From Alphaproteobacteria bacterium (GTDB lineage: Bacteria > Pseudomonadota > Alphaproteobacteria > SHVV01), in the NCBI GenBank assembly GCA_965261735.1, contig OZ253470.1, positions 1,472,001 to 1,536,000 on the forward strand: a DNA stretch of 64,000 nucleotides, written 5' to 3'. The notes beneath the pieces were generated by a model, which did not search any database, had not been told where the DNA came from, and was given only the letters and a program-made list of their open reading frames with translations. Below, in pieces: positions 1 to 11,720 of this stretch. The translations under genes were made by a program, and so were the position numbers. The stretch's first letter is position 1; each line of letters starts with the position of its first letter.

Positions 1-835
1 CGCGCTCAAGCCCGATCTCGGCGCCGCCTATCCGTTCCTGGCCCACGCCCTCATGTATCAGTGCAGCTGGTCCAACCTCGAGGCCGTCATCGCCAAGGTC
101 ATCGGCGACGTCGAGGACAAGATCGCCGCCGGCAAACCGATGTCGGTACCGCCTTTCGGCCTCGCCGCCACGCCCGCTTCGCCGGCACTAAGGCTCGCCG
201 TGGCGCGCGAGGTGTCGGCGCGCACGGCGGCCGTAGTGCGCTCGATCAGGACGGTGGCGCCGGCGGCGCGCGAGCACGAGCGCGGCCCCCTACGCGTCGG
301 ATACGTCTCGCCGGACTTCCGCGAGCACAGCGTTGCCGCCGTCTTCCGCAGCCTGCTCGAGGTGCACGGCCGCGAGGGCTTCACCTGGTACGGCTATTCG
401 ATCAGTCCGCGCCAGAATCTCTCCTTCGAGGGCTTTGAGCGCACCTTCGACGTCTTCGCCGATCTCGGCCACGCGTCGCTGCGCGATGCGCTCGAGCGCA
501 TCGCCGGCGACGGCATCGACATCCTCATCGATCTTGCCGGCCACACGCGCGACACCCGCCTCGAGCTCTTCGCCCTGCGGCCGGCACCGGTGCAGGCCCA
601 CTATCTCGGCTACGGCGCCACCATCGGCGCCGACTACATCCCCTACCTCATCACCGACCCGGTGCACACGCCACCCGAGCTGGCGCCGTTCTGTAGCGAG
701 TCGCTCGTCTACCTGCCCGACAGCTTCATGGTCGGCGCACCGGCCGAAGTGGCGGCGGCACCTGTATCGCGCGCCAAATGCGGCCTGCCCGAGGACGGCT
801 TCGTGCTCGCGAGCTTCAATGCCCACTATAAGTTT
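1..835 (+). pseudogene. 5' part of a TPR-containing O-GlcNAc transferase (SPINDLY/GT41-like) gene; starts before the window and is interrupted by the IS at 836
   Basis: Frame open from base 2 (ALKPDLGAAYPFLAHALM...). Motifs LRVGYVSPDFREHSV, DILIDLAGHT, PAPVQAHYLGY, SFNAHYKF. The tail of ORF 53..970 after HYKF is IS-derived. Confidence 0.9.
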
Positions 836-970
836 GGGAATTATATCGCAAAGTGCCGAAGGGTGCGCGCCACGGCTGGGACTATATCTCGACAGAGACC
901 AGATGTTGTGACATTGTCTGTCAACCCCTATATGCTGAACAATGGGATTGACATACGGGAGGAAATCTGA

Positions 971-1120
971 ATGGAGCGAGACTCCAAGGTCGCCCCGGCC
1001 GCCCACCAGCCCAGCAAAGCCGAGCTTGAAGAGGACGTGATCATCGACGCCGCGCCCGAGGCTCTGGCGTGGGCCGTGACGCGTGGCGGTGCGGAGCGGC
1101 GAGAGGACGATGGTCCGTAG
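971..1120 (+). CDS. 49-aa micro-ORF inside the IS (MERDSKVAPAAHQPSKAELEEDVIIDAAPEALAWAVTRGGAERREDDGP)
   Basis: Manual translation. GGAGG RBS shortly upstream of ATG 971; TAG at 1118-1120. Below the ORF-track size cut-off. Confidence 0.6.
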   Translation: MERDSKVAPAAHQPSKAELEEDVIIDAAPEALAWAVTRGGAERREDDGP

Positions 1121-1182
1121 ATTGCCACTTGTGCTAGATCGCTCATTTGCATAAAGTCGGCATCTTAGGAAAGGGAAAGGAA

Positions 1183-1404
1183 ATGGAACCGCAAGGTGCG
1201 CGAGACCAGCTTGCCTCTCGATTCCAAAAGATGAAGGAAGAGGGAGGGCTTCTGGATATGAAGTTTTTCTTCGGGCAAGTTTCTGAAACAACGGTTGACG
1301 GCTTCTGTGAGGAAGTTAACCGGCTCCACAAACTTGTCGAAGAAGGAAGGTTCACAGAAATCAAACGCTGGGGCGATGCTAAGGGGTTGCCCAGCCGCGA
1401 ATAG
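1183..1404 (+). CDS. Small hypothetical passenger protein (73 aa)
   Basis: ATG 1183 follows purine-rich GGAAAGGGAAAGGAA; protein-like composition; followed by a hairpin. Confidence 0.7.
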   Translation: MEPQGARDQLASRFQKMKEEGGLLDMKFFFGQVSETTVDGFCEEVNRLHKLVEEGRFTEIKRWGDAKGLPSRE

Positions 1405-1429
1405 ACCGCCTCAACAATGCGACAACCTG

Positions 1430-1450
1430 AGCCCCGGCTGGGCCGGGGCT
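1430..1450 (+). terminator. GC-rich hairpin between the two larger passenger genes
   Basis: AGCCCCGGC-TGG-GCCGGGGCT, perfect 9-bp stem; weak U-tract, so terminator function is uncertain. Confidence 0.5.
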
Positions 1451-1476
1451 TAGAGTCTGTAGTGATTCCATGAAGC

Positions 1477-2079
1477 TTGATAGAAGGTTATTCCCACCTC
1501 TTTTTCAAGAGGTGGCGAGAGTGCAGGCCACCTTGCAGCTGTACTAGCATTCCCGGAGATGCCATTCCACTTCCCCATGATAACCTACAATATGCCATTG
1601 AGCAGACATACGGCGTGGAGATTACTACATACATTGTTCCTCTTAACTCTATGTTGTTGCGGGGCTCGATTGAGATTTATCCTGAGAAGTCGGTTATTTA
1701 CATCGATGCCGAACTGAATTCGGCATGGACTCGTTACGTTTTTGCGAAAGAAGCGTGTCACCATCTTCTCAACGGTGAAGGTTATCACACCAATGATCCG
1801 ATCGCGGTTATTGAGGATATTATCCTAGACGAATCGGAGATCGATGGAGACCACGGCGCCGCATTGGATGTTCAAGCGGAAACGCTGACCAAATTTGCCG
1901 CGATAGAGTTGCTTTTCCCCCGGGAGTTTCGGGGTACTTGCAAAGAAGAAGTCGAGGCAGGAGACAAATCAACGTATGAGATATCAACGCATTTTGATAT
2001 TCCAGAGCATTTAGTACAGTTTGCCTTGGCGAACAATTACATGAACTTTTCTAGAAGGATTTGGGAGATGCTTCCCTAA
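1477..2079 (+). CDS. ImmA/IrrE (peptidase M78)-like protein with a degenerate zinc motif
   Basis: IYIDAELNSAWTRYVFAKEACHH resembles R-F-x-x-A-H-E-x-x-H with K in place of the first H. Downstream AETLTKFAAIELLFP and a C-terminal HTH-like EISTHFDIP. Start uncertain. Confidence 0.7.
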   Translation: MIEGYSHLFFKRWRECRPPCSCTSIPGDAIPLPHDNLQYAIEQTYGVEITTYIVPLNSMLLRGSIEIYPEKSVIYIDAELNSAWTRYVFAKEACHHLLNGEGYHTNDPIAVIEDIILDESEIDGDHGAALDVQAETLTKFAAIELLFPREFRGTCKEEVEAGDKSTYEISTHFDIPEHLVQFALANNYMNFSRRIWEMLP

Positions 2080-2092
2080 CGAGCGGCGACCG

Positions 2093-3034
2093 CTACGCGA
2101 TCAAGTCCCGATACCGTAGGCGCTTCCCATCAAAGCCCTTCACCATCCCGCCCATCATGTCGATGGTGTCAGCTTCGCGGTCGTTGTGCCGGCCGGCAAA
2201 CTCGGTGACGTAGCGGTCTAAGTGTTTTTCGCTGAAGTGGTGGAAAGTGCCTTGGTAGCCGCGTTTGAGTAGCGCCCAGAACGACTCGATCCCGTTAGTG
2301 TGCGCCATGCCGTTCACGTACTCGCTGATGCTGTGCTTCACGGTTTCGTGCTCGAACGGCATACCCTGATATCCGCCATGGTCGTCCGTATAGACGGCCG
2401 CTCCCTTGGCTGCGCGCTCGCCGACGAAACCCTGTAGCGTCTTGGCGTCTGTGTTGCTAACCACAGTGGCACTCACGCGGTTCGTCTCGCGATCCTTGGC
2501 ACCAATAACGATTGCCTTCCCAACAGCGCCACGGCCTGCGCGCAGCTTCTTGTTGGCGTGCTTGTTCTTTTCCTTCCCGCCGATGAAGGTCTCGTCCACC
2601 TCAACGGGACCAGCAAACTGCGCGCCGTGATCCTTCCATGCTTCGCGGAGACGGTGAGCCAGAAACCAAGCCGACCGTTGCGTGATCCCTAAGTCGCGGT
2701 GGAGCTTCATGCTCGACACGCCCTTGAGATTGGTCGTCACTTGATAGAGCGCAATGGCCCAAACCTGAAAGCCGAGCTTCGATGATTCCATGGGAGTCTT
2801 TGTGCGGACACTAAACCGCTTGGCACACTCTTTTTCGCGGCAGCGATAAGGCATCGTCTTGTGCTTTGCGCCGGACTGCGCATTGGTCGAGCCACAATAG
2901 GGGCAATGTAGCCCTTCCGGCCAACGCTGTTCGGCAAACCAGTGCTCCGCCGTCGCATCGTCGGGGAACATGCTGGAAAGCTCTACCAGAGTGAGCCCTT
3001 TGCGGTGGAATTTTCCAGGTGCTTTGTGTGTCAT
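2093..3034 (-). CDS. IS1595-family DDE transposase
   Basis: Zn ribbon CPYCG...CREKEC, VEVDETFIGG, YTDD, HTNGIESFWA; intact 313 aa. Confidence 0.97.
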   Translation of the reverse strand: MTHKAPGKFHRKGLTLVELSSMFPDDATAEHWFAEQRWPEGLHCPYCGSTNAQSGAKHKTMPYRCREKECAKRFSVRTKTPMESSKLGFQVWAIALYQVTTNLKGVSSMKLHRDLGITQRSAWFLAHRLREAWKDHGAQFAGPVEVDETFIGGKEKNKHANKKLRAGRGAVGKAIVIGAKDRETNRVSATVVSNTDAKTLQGFVGERAAKGAAVYTDDHGGYQGMPFEHETVKHSISEYVNGMAHTNGIESFWALLKRGYQGTFHHFSEKHLDRYVTEFAGRHNDREADTIDMMGGMVKGFDGKRLRYRDLIA

Positions 3035-3054
3035 GTCCGCCTCCTTGTTCTTAC

Positions 3055-3083
3055 AATATAGTGCCGACGGCGGATCAGTTCAA
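3055..3083 (-). promoter_or_regulatory. sigma70-type promoter of the transposase
   Basis: Minus strand TTGAAC-17 bp-TATATT, then AAGGAGG RBS and ATG 3034. Confidence 0.7.
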
Positions 3084-3113
3084 GGGATTTCGGCACTTTG
3101 CGATATAATTCCC

Positions 3114-3694
3114 ATAAGTTTCACCCGCGCCAGTTCGCGGTGTGGATGCGGCTGTTGAAGCGGCTCGACGGTGCGGTGCTGTGGCTGCGCGAAGGGACGC
3201 CAGCGGCGCAAGATAATCTGCGCCGCGAGGCCGAGGTTCGCGGCGTCGCGCCCGAGCGCCTGGTGTTCGCGCCGCGCACGCCACGGCCCGAGCACCTCGC
3301 GCGCCATCGCCTTGCGGATCTGGCGCTCGATACGATGTATCACGCCGGCGGCGTCACCACGATCGATGCGCTGTGGGTCGGCGTGCCCGTGATCACGCTC
3401 GCCGGCGAGGCGCACTCGGCCCGGACCGGGGCCTCGATCCTCGCGGCCATCGGCCTCGACGACGCCGTCACCGACAGCCTCGATTCTTACGAACAACTCG
3501 CCTTCGAGCTGGCCACCGACACCGCCGCGCTCGCCGCCCTCAAGGCCAAGCTCGCGCGCAACCGCGTCAGCGCCCCGCTGTTCGATCCTTCCCGCCTCGC
3601 GCGCTACCTCGAGATCGCCTACCGCATGATGTGGGAGCGCCACGCGAGCGGCCAGCCGCCGGCCACGATCCACGTTCCCCGGCTGCCGGCCTAG
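3114..3694 (+). pseudogene. 3' part of the interrupted O-GlcNAc transferase-like gene
   Basis: Removing the IS plus one target copy restores HYK-FHPRQFAVWMRLL in frame. Motifs ADLALDTMYHAGGVTTIDALWVGVPVITL and PLFDPSR. Confidence 0.9.
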
Positions 3695-3706
3695 CAGCCC
3701 GCACCC

Positions 3707-4402
3707 TCACCCAGGGGCCTGCGCTCTGAGGAAGGCGGCCATGTGGAAGGCGCCTTGGGCGGGCGCGTAGGCGTAGTCGCGCCCGACCGGGCAGGCGCGA
3801 CGCGCCAAGCAGCCGCTGCCGCAGTCGGTTCCGCCCTCGGACGTCACGTGGTCGACGCAGGCGGCGACATCATAGGCGCCGGGAGTGAACGCCGAGACCG
3901 GGCAGGTGCCGAGGCAGGGCTTGTCGGCGCACGTCTCGCACGGGCTTGCGCGCCGCGCCCGCCGCGGCAGGGCGATGCGCTCGGCAAGCACGAGGGCGCC
4001 GCGATAGGCGTGCCACAGGCCGTAGTCGGGGTGGATGAGAATGCCGATCGGCGAGACGCTCACCGGCTCCGCCCGCAGCGCCCAGCGCTGGAAGGGCAGG
4101 TAGGGCGGCCCGTCGAAGGGGAACAGCGCCGCCGCACCGAGATCGCCGGCGAGATCGGCGAGAGCAAGACGCACCCAGTCGTCGAGCGGATCGCGCGACG
4201 GAGCCGCGGCCGGCCTCCGCGCGAACGCCGCCCATAGCGCCGGGCCCGCGTTGCCGGCAAGGACCAGCGTGCGTGCGCGCATGCCGTCGGCGAGCGGCGG
4301 CACCGCGTCCGCGGCACGCGGATGGAACCCGCCGCGCACCTGCAGCCCCGCCGCCGCCAGCGCCGCCGTGATCGTCTCATACGTAACATTCCGTGCAGCC
4401 AT
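3707..4402 (-). CDS. 4Fe-4S ferredoxin-like protein (QueG-like Cys pattern)
   Basis: CETCADKPCLGTCPV...C...CGSGCLARRACPV; SPIGILIHPDYGLWHAYRGAL. Confidence 0.75.
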   Translation of the reverse strand: MAARNVTYETITAALAAAGLQVRGGFHPRAADAVPPLADGMRARTLVLAGNAGPALWAAFARRPAAAPSRDPLDDWVRLALADLAGDLGAAALFPFDGPPYLPFQRWALRAEPVSVSPIGILIHPDYGLWHAYRGALVLAERIALPRRARRASPCETCADKPCLGTCPVSAFTPGAYDVAACVDHVTSEGGTDCGSGCLARRACPVGRDYAYAPAQGAFHMAAFLRAQAPG

Positions 4403-4553
4403 CTCGCGCGATCCTCATCCTCATACTAGTGGCTCGCGCCAAATCGTGCGCGAGGTCGTGTTCTCCGAGCGGTCGACCGGGCCGGCAAAATCGACGATGA
4501 TGCGCAGAACACCAGGGCGCCGGCGTCAGGCCCGGCGAAGTCGAGGGAGAAGA

Positions 4554-5924
4554 ATGCCCGAGAGCGTCGTGCGCATGATGGCCGCAAGCGGCATGCTCGG
4601 CTACGGCTTCACCGAGGAGGGGTTTCGCGCAGGCCTGGCGCGCGAGCCCGACTTCATCGCCAGCGACGCGGGCTCGATGGACCCGGGGCCCTACTACCTC
4701 GGCGCCGGCACGGCGTTCGTCTCGCGCCCCGCCGTCAAGCGCGATATCGGGCTGATGCTCGAGGGCGCGCTCGCGGCGGGCATTCCGGTCCTCGTCGGCT
4801 CCGCCGGCGGCGGCGGCGGCGCGCCTCAGCTCGCCTGGCTGCGCGACATCGTGCGCGAGGTCGCCGAGGAGCGGGGCCTCCACTTCCGCCTCGCCCTAAT
4901 CCACAGCGAACAGACCAAGGACTATCTCGGCGGCAAGCTGGCCGCGGGCATGATTCGCCCGCTCGGCCCGATCGATGACCTCGACGAGGGTGAGATTGCG
5001 GCAAGCACGCGCGTCGTCGCGATGATGGGCTGCGAGCCCTACCAGCGCGCGCTCGCCGACGGCGCCGAGGTCGTGATCGCCGGGCGCTCGAGCGATGCGG
5101 CCCTGTTCGCGGCAATCCCACTGATGCACGGGGCGGACCCGGGGCTCGCCTGGCATCTCGCCAAGATCATCGAGTGCGGCGGCCAGGTGGTCGAGCCGCG
5201 CACGGGCCAGGACTGCGTACTCGGCACGATCTACGACGACCATTTCCTGGTCGAGCCCGCCCACCCCGACAAGCGCTGCACACGCCTCAAGATCGCGGCC
5301 CATACCCTGTACGAGAACCCCGACCCCTACCGCCTGATCGAGCCCGAGGGGACGCTCGACACCAGCGCCGCACACTACGAACAGTTCGATTCGCGCACGG
5401 TCAAGGTCGCGGGCAGCCGCTTCGAGCCGGCCAACGCGTATACGGTCAAGCTCGAGGGCGTGCGCGAAGCCGGCTATCGCACCGTGTTCATCGCCGGCGT
5501 GCGCGATCCGGTTCTCGTGCGCACGATCGATGATTTCATCGCCGCCTGTCGCGAGCGCGTAGCGGGCGAGGCGGCGAGCCTCGGGATCGCGGCTGGCAGC
5601 TACCGGCTCGGCATTCGCGTCTACGGCCGCAATGCGACGATGGGCGCGCGCGAGCCGGTGCGCGAAAGCCAGGCGCACGAACTCGGCCTGCTCGTCGACG
5701 TCACCGCGGACGATGAGGAGGTGAGCCGCGCGATCACCGCCAAGGCGCGCTACGCGCTGCTCCACACCGACTTCCCCGGGCGCAAATGCATCTCGGGCAA
5801 CCTCGCGATCCCGTTCTCGCCATCGGACATGCCCGTCGGCATGACCTACCGCTTCAACGTCTGGCACGTCATGGAGATCGACGACCCGCTCGAGCCGTTT
5901 CCGATCGAAATGATTGAGGTGTAG
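4554..5924 (+). CDS. AtuA/DUF1446-family protein
   Basis: SGMLGYGF, DAGSMDPGPYYLG, AGRSSD, WHLAKIIECG, AHTLYENPDP; start set at ATG 4554 after GAGGGAGA. Confidence 0.8.
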   Translation: MPESVVRMMAASGMLGYGFTEEGFRAGLAREPDFIASDAGSMDPGPYYLGAGTAFVSRPAVKRDIGLMLEGALAAGIPVLVGSAGGGGGAPQLAWLRDIVREVAEERGLHFRLALIHSEQTKDYLGGKLAAGMIRPLGPIDDLDEGEIAASTRVVAMMGCEPYQRALADGAEVVIAGRSSDAALFAAIPLMHGADPGLAWHLAKIIECGGQVVEPRTGQDCVLGTIYDDHFLVEPAHPDKRCTRLKIAAHTLYENPDPYRLIEPEGTLDTSAAHYEQFDSRTVKVAGSRFEPANAYTVKLEGVREAGYRTVFIAGVRDPVLVRTIDDFIAACRERVAGEAASLGIAAGSYRLGIRVYGRNATMGAREPVRESQAHELGLLVDVTADDEEVSRAITAKARYALLHTDFPGRKCISGNLAIPFSPSDMPVGMTYRFNVWHVMEIDDPLEPFPIEMIEV

Positions 5925-5931
5925 GCGCTCG

Positions 5932-6243
5932 GTGGCCCGGCTTTCCGATCTCGCGCGGGTGGTGCGCTCGAAGAACGCAGGCGCATTGCTGGTCACGCTC
6001 GACGTCATGTTCGACGACGAGGCGACCTACCGGCGCGTGCGCGACAGCGGCGCGATCACGCCCCGCCTCCTCGCCCGCCTATATGGCGTGTCGGACAACG
6101 AGGTGAGCGTCATCCCCTACGACGTCGCCTGGGCGATCAAGGTGACGCTCCCGCGCCTCGTGCGCTCGGGCGACCCCGACGATACCGATATCTACGGCGC
6201 ACAGCAGCACGCGCCCCTGCTCGACATCGACGTCCACGATTGA
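5932..6243 (+). CDS. DUF4387-family small protein
   Basis: LARVVRSKNAGALLVTLDVMF...DTDIYGAQQHAPLL; the usual partner of DUF1446. Confidence 0.8.
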   Translation: MARLSDLARVVRSKNAGALLVTLDVMFDDEATYRRVRDSGAITPRLLARLYGVSDNEVSVIPYDVAWAIKVTLPRLVRSGDPDDTDIYGAQQHAPLLDIDVHD

Positions 6244-6284
6244 GGCCGCGTGCGGCCGCGATCCATCCCTAACGGAGGATACCC

Positions 6285-6506
6285 ATGAACATTCCGACCG
6301 CCATCGCCGGCGCCGCCGCCCTTATCGCCATCGCCATCGTCTGGTCGAGCCAGCCGGCGCACACGCAGGCCGCGGCCGGCCCCTATATGGTCGTGGCGGA
6401 CACCGAGCCCGGGTTCGTGTGGCGTTTGTCGACGGTGACCGGAGCCCTGGAGCGCTGCGATTCGTCGGCGCTGGGCAGCGGCTGCAGACCGGTTGCCGAG
6501 CGTTGA
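6285..6506 (+). CDS. Small secreted hypothetical protein
   Basis: GGAGG RBS, hydrophobic N-terminus, VWRLSTVTGALERC. Confidence 0.7.
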   Translation: MNIPTAIAGAAALIAIAIVWSSQPAHTQAAAGPYMVVADTEPGFVWRLSTVTGALERCDSSALGSGCRPVAER

Positions 6507-6515
6507 CGGCGGGGG

Positions 6516-7382
6516 CTAGCCGGTTGCCCGCACCCGGTGATTGGTCTCGAGCGCCTCGACGTCGATGCGCATGCCCTCGCGGGCGACGAAGGCGCCGGGC
6601 CAGACGCGGCGCGCCTTGACGGAAACCTGCTTCATGTAGGTGTCGTCATGGTCCGGGTCGTGGTGGAAGATGGCGAGGTTTCCCACCTCCGCCGCCTGGG
6701 CCAGGCGGATGCCCTCCTGCCAGGTGGAGTGGCCCCATCCGACCTTGGCATCGAACTCCTCGTCCGAATACGTCGAGTCGTAGATGAGCAGATCGGCGCC
6801 TTCGATTAGGCCCATGACGTTGCGATCTAGCGCGCCGGGTTTGTGCTCGGTATCGGTGACGTAGCACAGCGCGCGGCCGTCATACTCGAAGCGGTAGCCG
6901 GTGGCGCCATTGGGGTGATTGAGCGGCGCGGTCCGCACCGTAACCTTGCCGCCGGGGCCGAACTTCAGCGTGTCGCCGGCCTTGAAGTCCTCGAAGGTAA
7001 GCGCCGACTGCATCGCCTCGACCGGCACCGGAAAGTAGGGGTTCTGCATCTGTCCGGCTAGCACGTTGGCGATACCGCCGAGCGCGGCGACGTGTCCGGC
7101 CATGACGTGAAAGGAGCACTCCTTACGAAAGGCGGGCGAGAAGAAGGGCAGCCCGTTGATATGGTCCCAATGGGTATGCGACATGAGAATAGTGGCGCGC
7201 CGTACGTCCTTGCGCAGCAGCCAGTGACCGAGATTGCGGATGCCGGTGCCGCCGTCGAGAACGAAGTGCTCGCCGCCGGCCGAGACCTCGAGGCACGAGG
7301 TGTTGCCGCCGAAGTATGCATGCTGGCGGCCGGGAACAGCGATGGAGCCGCGAACGCCCCAGAACTTAAGCTTGAAACTCAT
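6516..7382 (-). CDS. MBL-fold metallo-hydrolase (phosphodiesterase-like)
   Basis: FWGVRGS, GGNTSC, SHTHWDHING, HPNG, TDTEH, WGHSTW, FHHDP. Confidence 0.9.
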   Translation of the reverse strand: MSFKLKFWGVRGSIAVPGRQHAYFGGNTSCLEVSAGGEHFVLDGGTGIRNLGHWLLRKDVRRATILMSHTHWDHINGLPFFSPAFRKECSFHVMAGHVAALGGIANVLAGQMQNPYFPVPVEAMQSALTFEDFKAGDTLKFGPGGKVTVRTAPLNHPNGATGYRFEYDGRALCYVTDTEHKPGALDRNVMGLIEGADLLIYDSTYSDEEFDAKVGWGHSTWQEGIRLAQAAEVGNLAIFHHDPDHDDTYMKQVSVKARRVWPGAFVAREGMRIDVEALETNHRVRATG

Positions 7383-7495
7383 GCGTTGCTCTCCTTGCCA
7401 CCGGCGCGCGAACGCCCTCAAGCCCGTCTCCCCGGCGGCCGCATGGTTTGCTTATACCTTAAACGATACCGCCGCAATAACACGGCGACACGGCG

Positions 7496-10183
<2,688 letters not shown>

Positions 10184-10259
10184 TTCGGTAGCCCCTCCGG
10201 TCCGCCCTTGTAGCAGAGGTCGGAAGCGCAAGAAACCCGCGCTGCCGGCGGTGCCGCGG

Positions 10260-10971
10260 CTAGCGCACCGCGGGCGCTGCCCGACGAGCGCGCGCGTGGC
10301 CGGAGAGACGGAACTCGAGACGGCGGAAGAGAAACACGAGGAGGTAGGTGAGCGCGAGATAGATCAGCGCCGCGGCAATATAGACCTTGTAGGGCTCGAA
10401 GCTGCGGGCGACGATCACGCGTGCGATGCCGGTGAGATCCATGAGCGTGATGATCGATACCAGCGACGTCGCCTGTAGCAGCAGCACGACCTCGTTGGCG
10501 TAGGCCGGTAGCGCGAGCCGAAACGCCTTGGGCACGATTATGCGGCGGTACAGCAGCGCCCCCGACATGCCAAAGGCGCGCGCGGCCTCAACCTCGCCGT
10601 GGGGCACGGCGCGATATCGATCCGCGCAGGATCTCGGCCGTGTAGGCGGCAGTGTTGAGCGTTAGTGCGAGCACCGCGCAGAAGTAGGCCTCGCGAAAGA
10701 AGATCCACAGACCGGCGGCGTCGAGCAGGTCGTGGAACTGACCGCTGCCGTAATAGATGAGGAAGATCTGCACCAGCAGCGGGGTGCCGCGGAAGTAGAA
10801 GATGTAGCCGTAGACGGGAAGCCGCAGCAGCGGGCTCGCGGCGACGCGCATGAGCGCGAGCGGCACCGCAAGGCACAGCCCGAGCGCGACGCTCAGCGCC
10901 GTGATCTCGATCGTGAGCCAGGCGCCGGCAAGGAGGCTCGGCAGGCTTGTCCACACGACCTCGAGCGACAT
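10260..10971 (-). pseudogene. Polar amino-acid ABC permease (HisM-like) with a +1 frameshift near 10611-10617
   Basis: The N-part (MSLEVVW...AYTAEILRGSI) and C-part (AVPHGEVEAARAFGMS...) lie in different frames with one extra base. Could be a sequencing error. Confidence 0.8.
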
Positions 10972-10976
10972 TCGCC

Positions 10977-11666
10977 TCAGGCCCTCCGAATGCCCCGGTT
11001 CGCCCACCCCTCGGCGCGCTGCTGCGCCGCCATCGAGACGACGGTAATGGCGAGGTAGATAAGCGAGGCGAAGAAGAAGAAGGTGAACGGCAAACGGGTC
11101 GCGCGCGCGGCGATGTCGGACTGCCGCATGAGCTCGTCGAGCTGGATCACCGAGACGAGCGCGGTGTCCTTGATCAGGATGAGCCACACATTGCCGAGGC
11201 CGGGCAACGCGAAGCGCCACATCTGCGGCATGAGCACGCGCAAGAAAACGAGCCGCCGGCTCATCCCGAGAGCGTGCGCGGCGTCGATCTGGCCGCGCGG
11301 CACGGCGAGGAAGGCGCCGCGGAACACCTCGGTCGTGAACGCCCCATAGATGAAGCCGATGGTGAGGGAGCCGGCCACGAAGGGATCGAGGTCGACGCGT
11401 ACGTCGGCGCCGAGCCCGGCCAGCGACTCCTGGATCAGCGTCGGCACGCCGTAGTAGACGAGTAGGATGAGAATGAGCGGCGGGACGCCGCGGATCACGG
11501 TGGTGTAGGTGTCGGCGAGGGTGCGCACGAGCGGCGAGCCCGACAGCTTGCCGCGCGCGCCGGCGAGCCCGAGGAGCAACGCCACCACCATCGCGCACGC
11601 ACCGACGAGCAGGGTGACGGGCACGCCCTGCCACACCAGCCAGCCATAGCCGTGGAGGTCGATCAC
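10977..11666 (-). CDS. Polar amino-acid ABC permease (HisQ-like)
   Basis: IRGVPPL, EVFRGAFLAVPRGQIDAAHALGMS, IKDTALVSVI. Confidence 0.92.
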   Translation of the reverse strand: MIDLHGYGWLVWQGVPVTLLVGACAMVVALLLGLAGARGKLSGSPLVRTLADTYTTVIRGVPPLILILLVYYGVPTLIQESLAGLGADVRVDLDPFVAGSLTIGFIYGAFTTEVFRGAFLAVPRGQIDAAHALGMSRRLVFLRVLMPQMWRFALPGLGNVWLILIKDTALVSVIQLDELMRQSDIAARATRLPFTFFFFASLIYLAITVVSMAAQQRAEGWANRGIRRA

Positions 11667-11720
11667 GGCCGCATCGCCGCTTGAAGTGCGCCCAGCGGCG
11701 GGCGGCCGTGGCTGCGCGCG

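Larger units (their letters stand above)
836..3113 (-). mobile_element. IS1595-family element (ISNwi1-like ends) with passenger genes, 2278 bp
   Basis: Perfect 25-bp terminal inverted repeats GGGAATTATATCGCAAAGTGCCGAA (836-860 / 3089-3113). 8-bp target duplication ATAAGTTT (828-835 / 3114-3121). Visibly lower GC than the flanks. Confidence 0.97.

Noticed and set aside
836-970. C-terminal tail of ORF 53..970
   Set aside because: Read-through into the IS end, not part of the glycosyltransferase.
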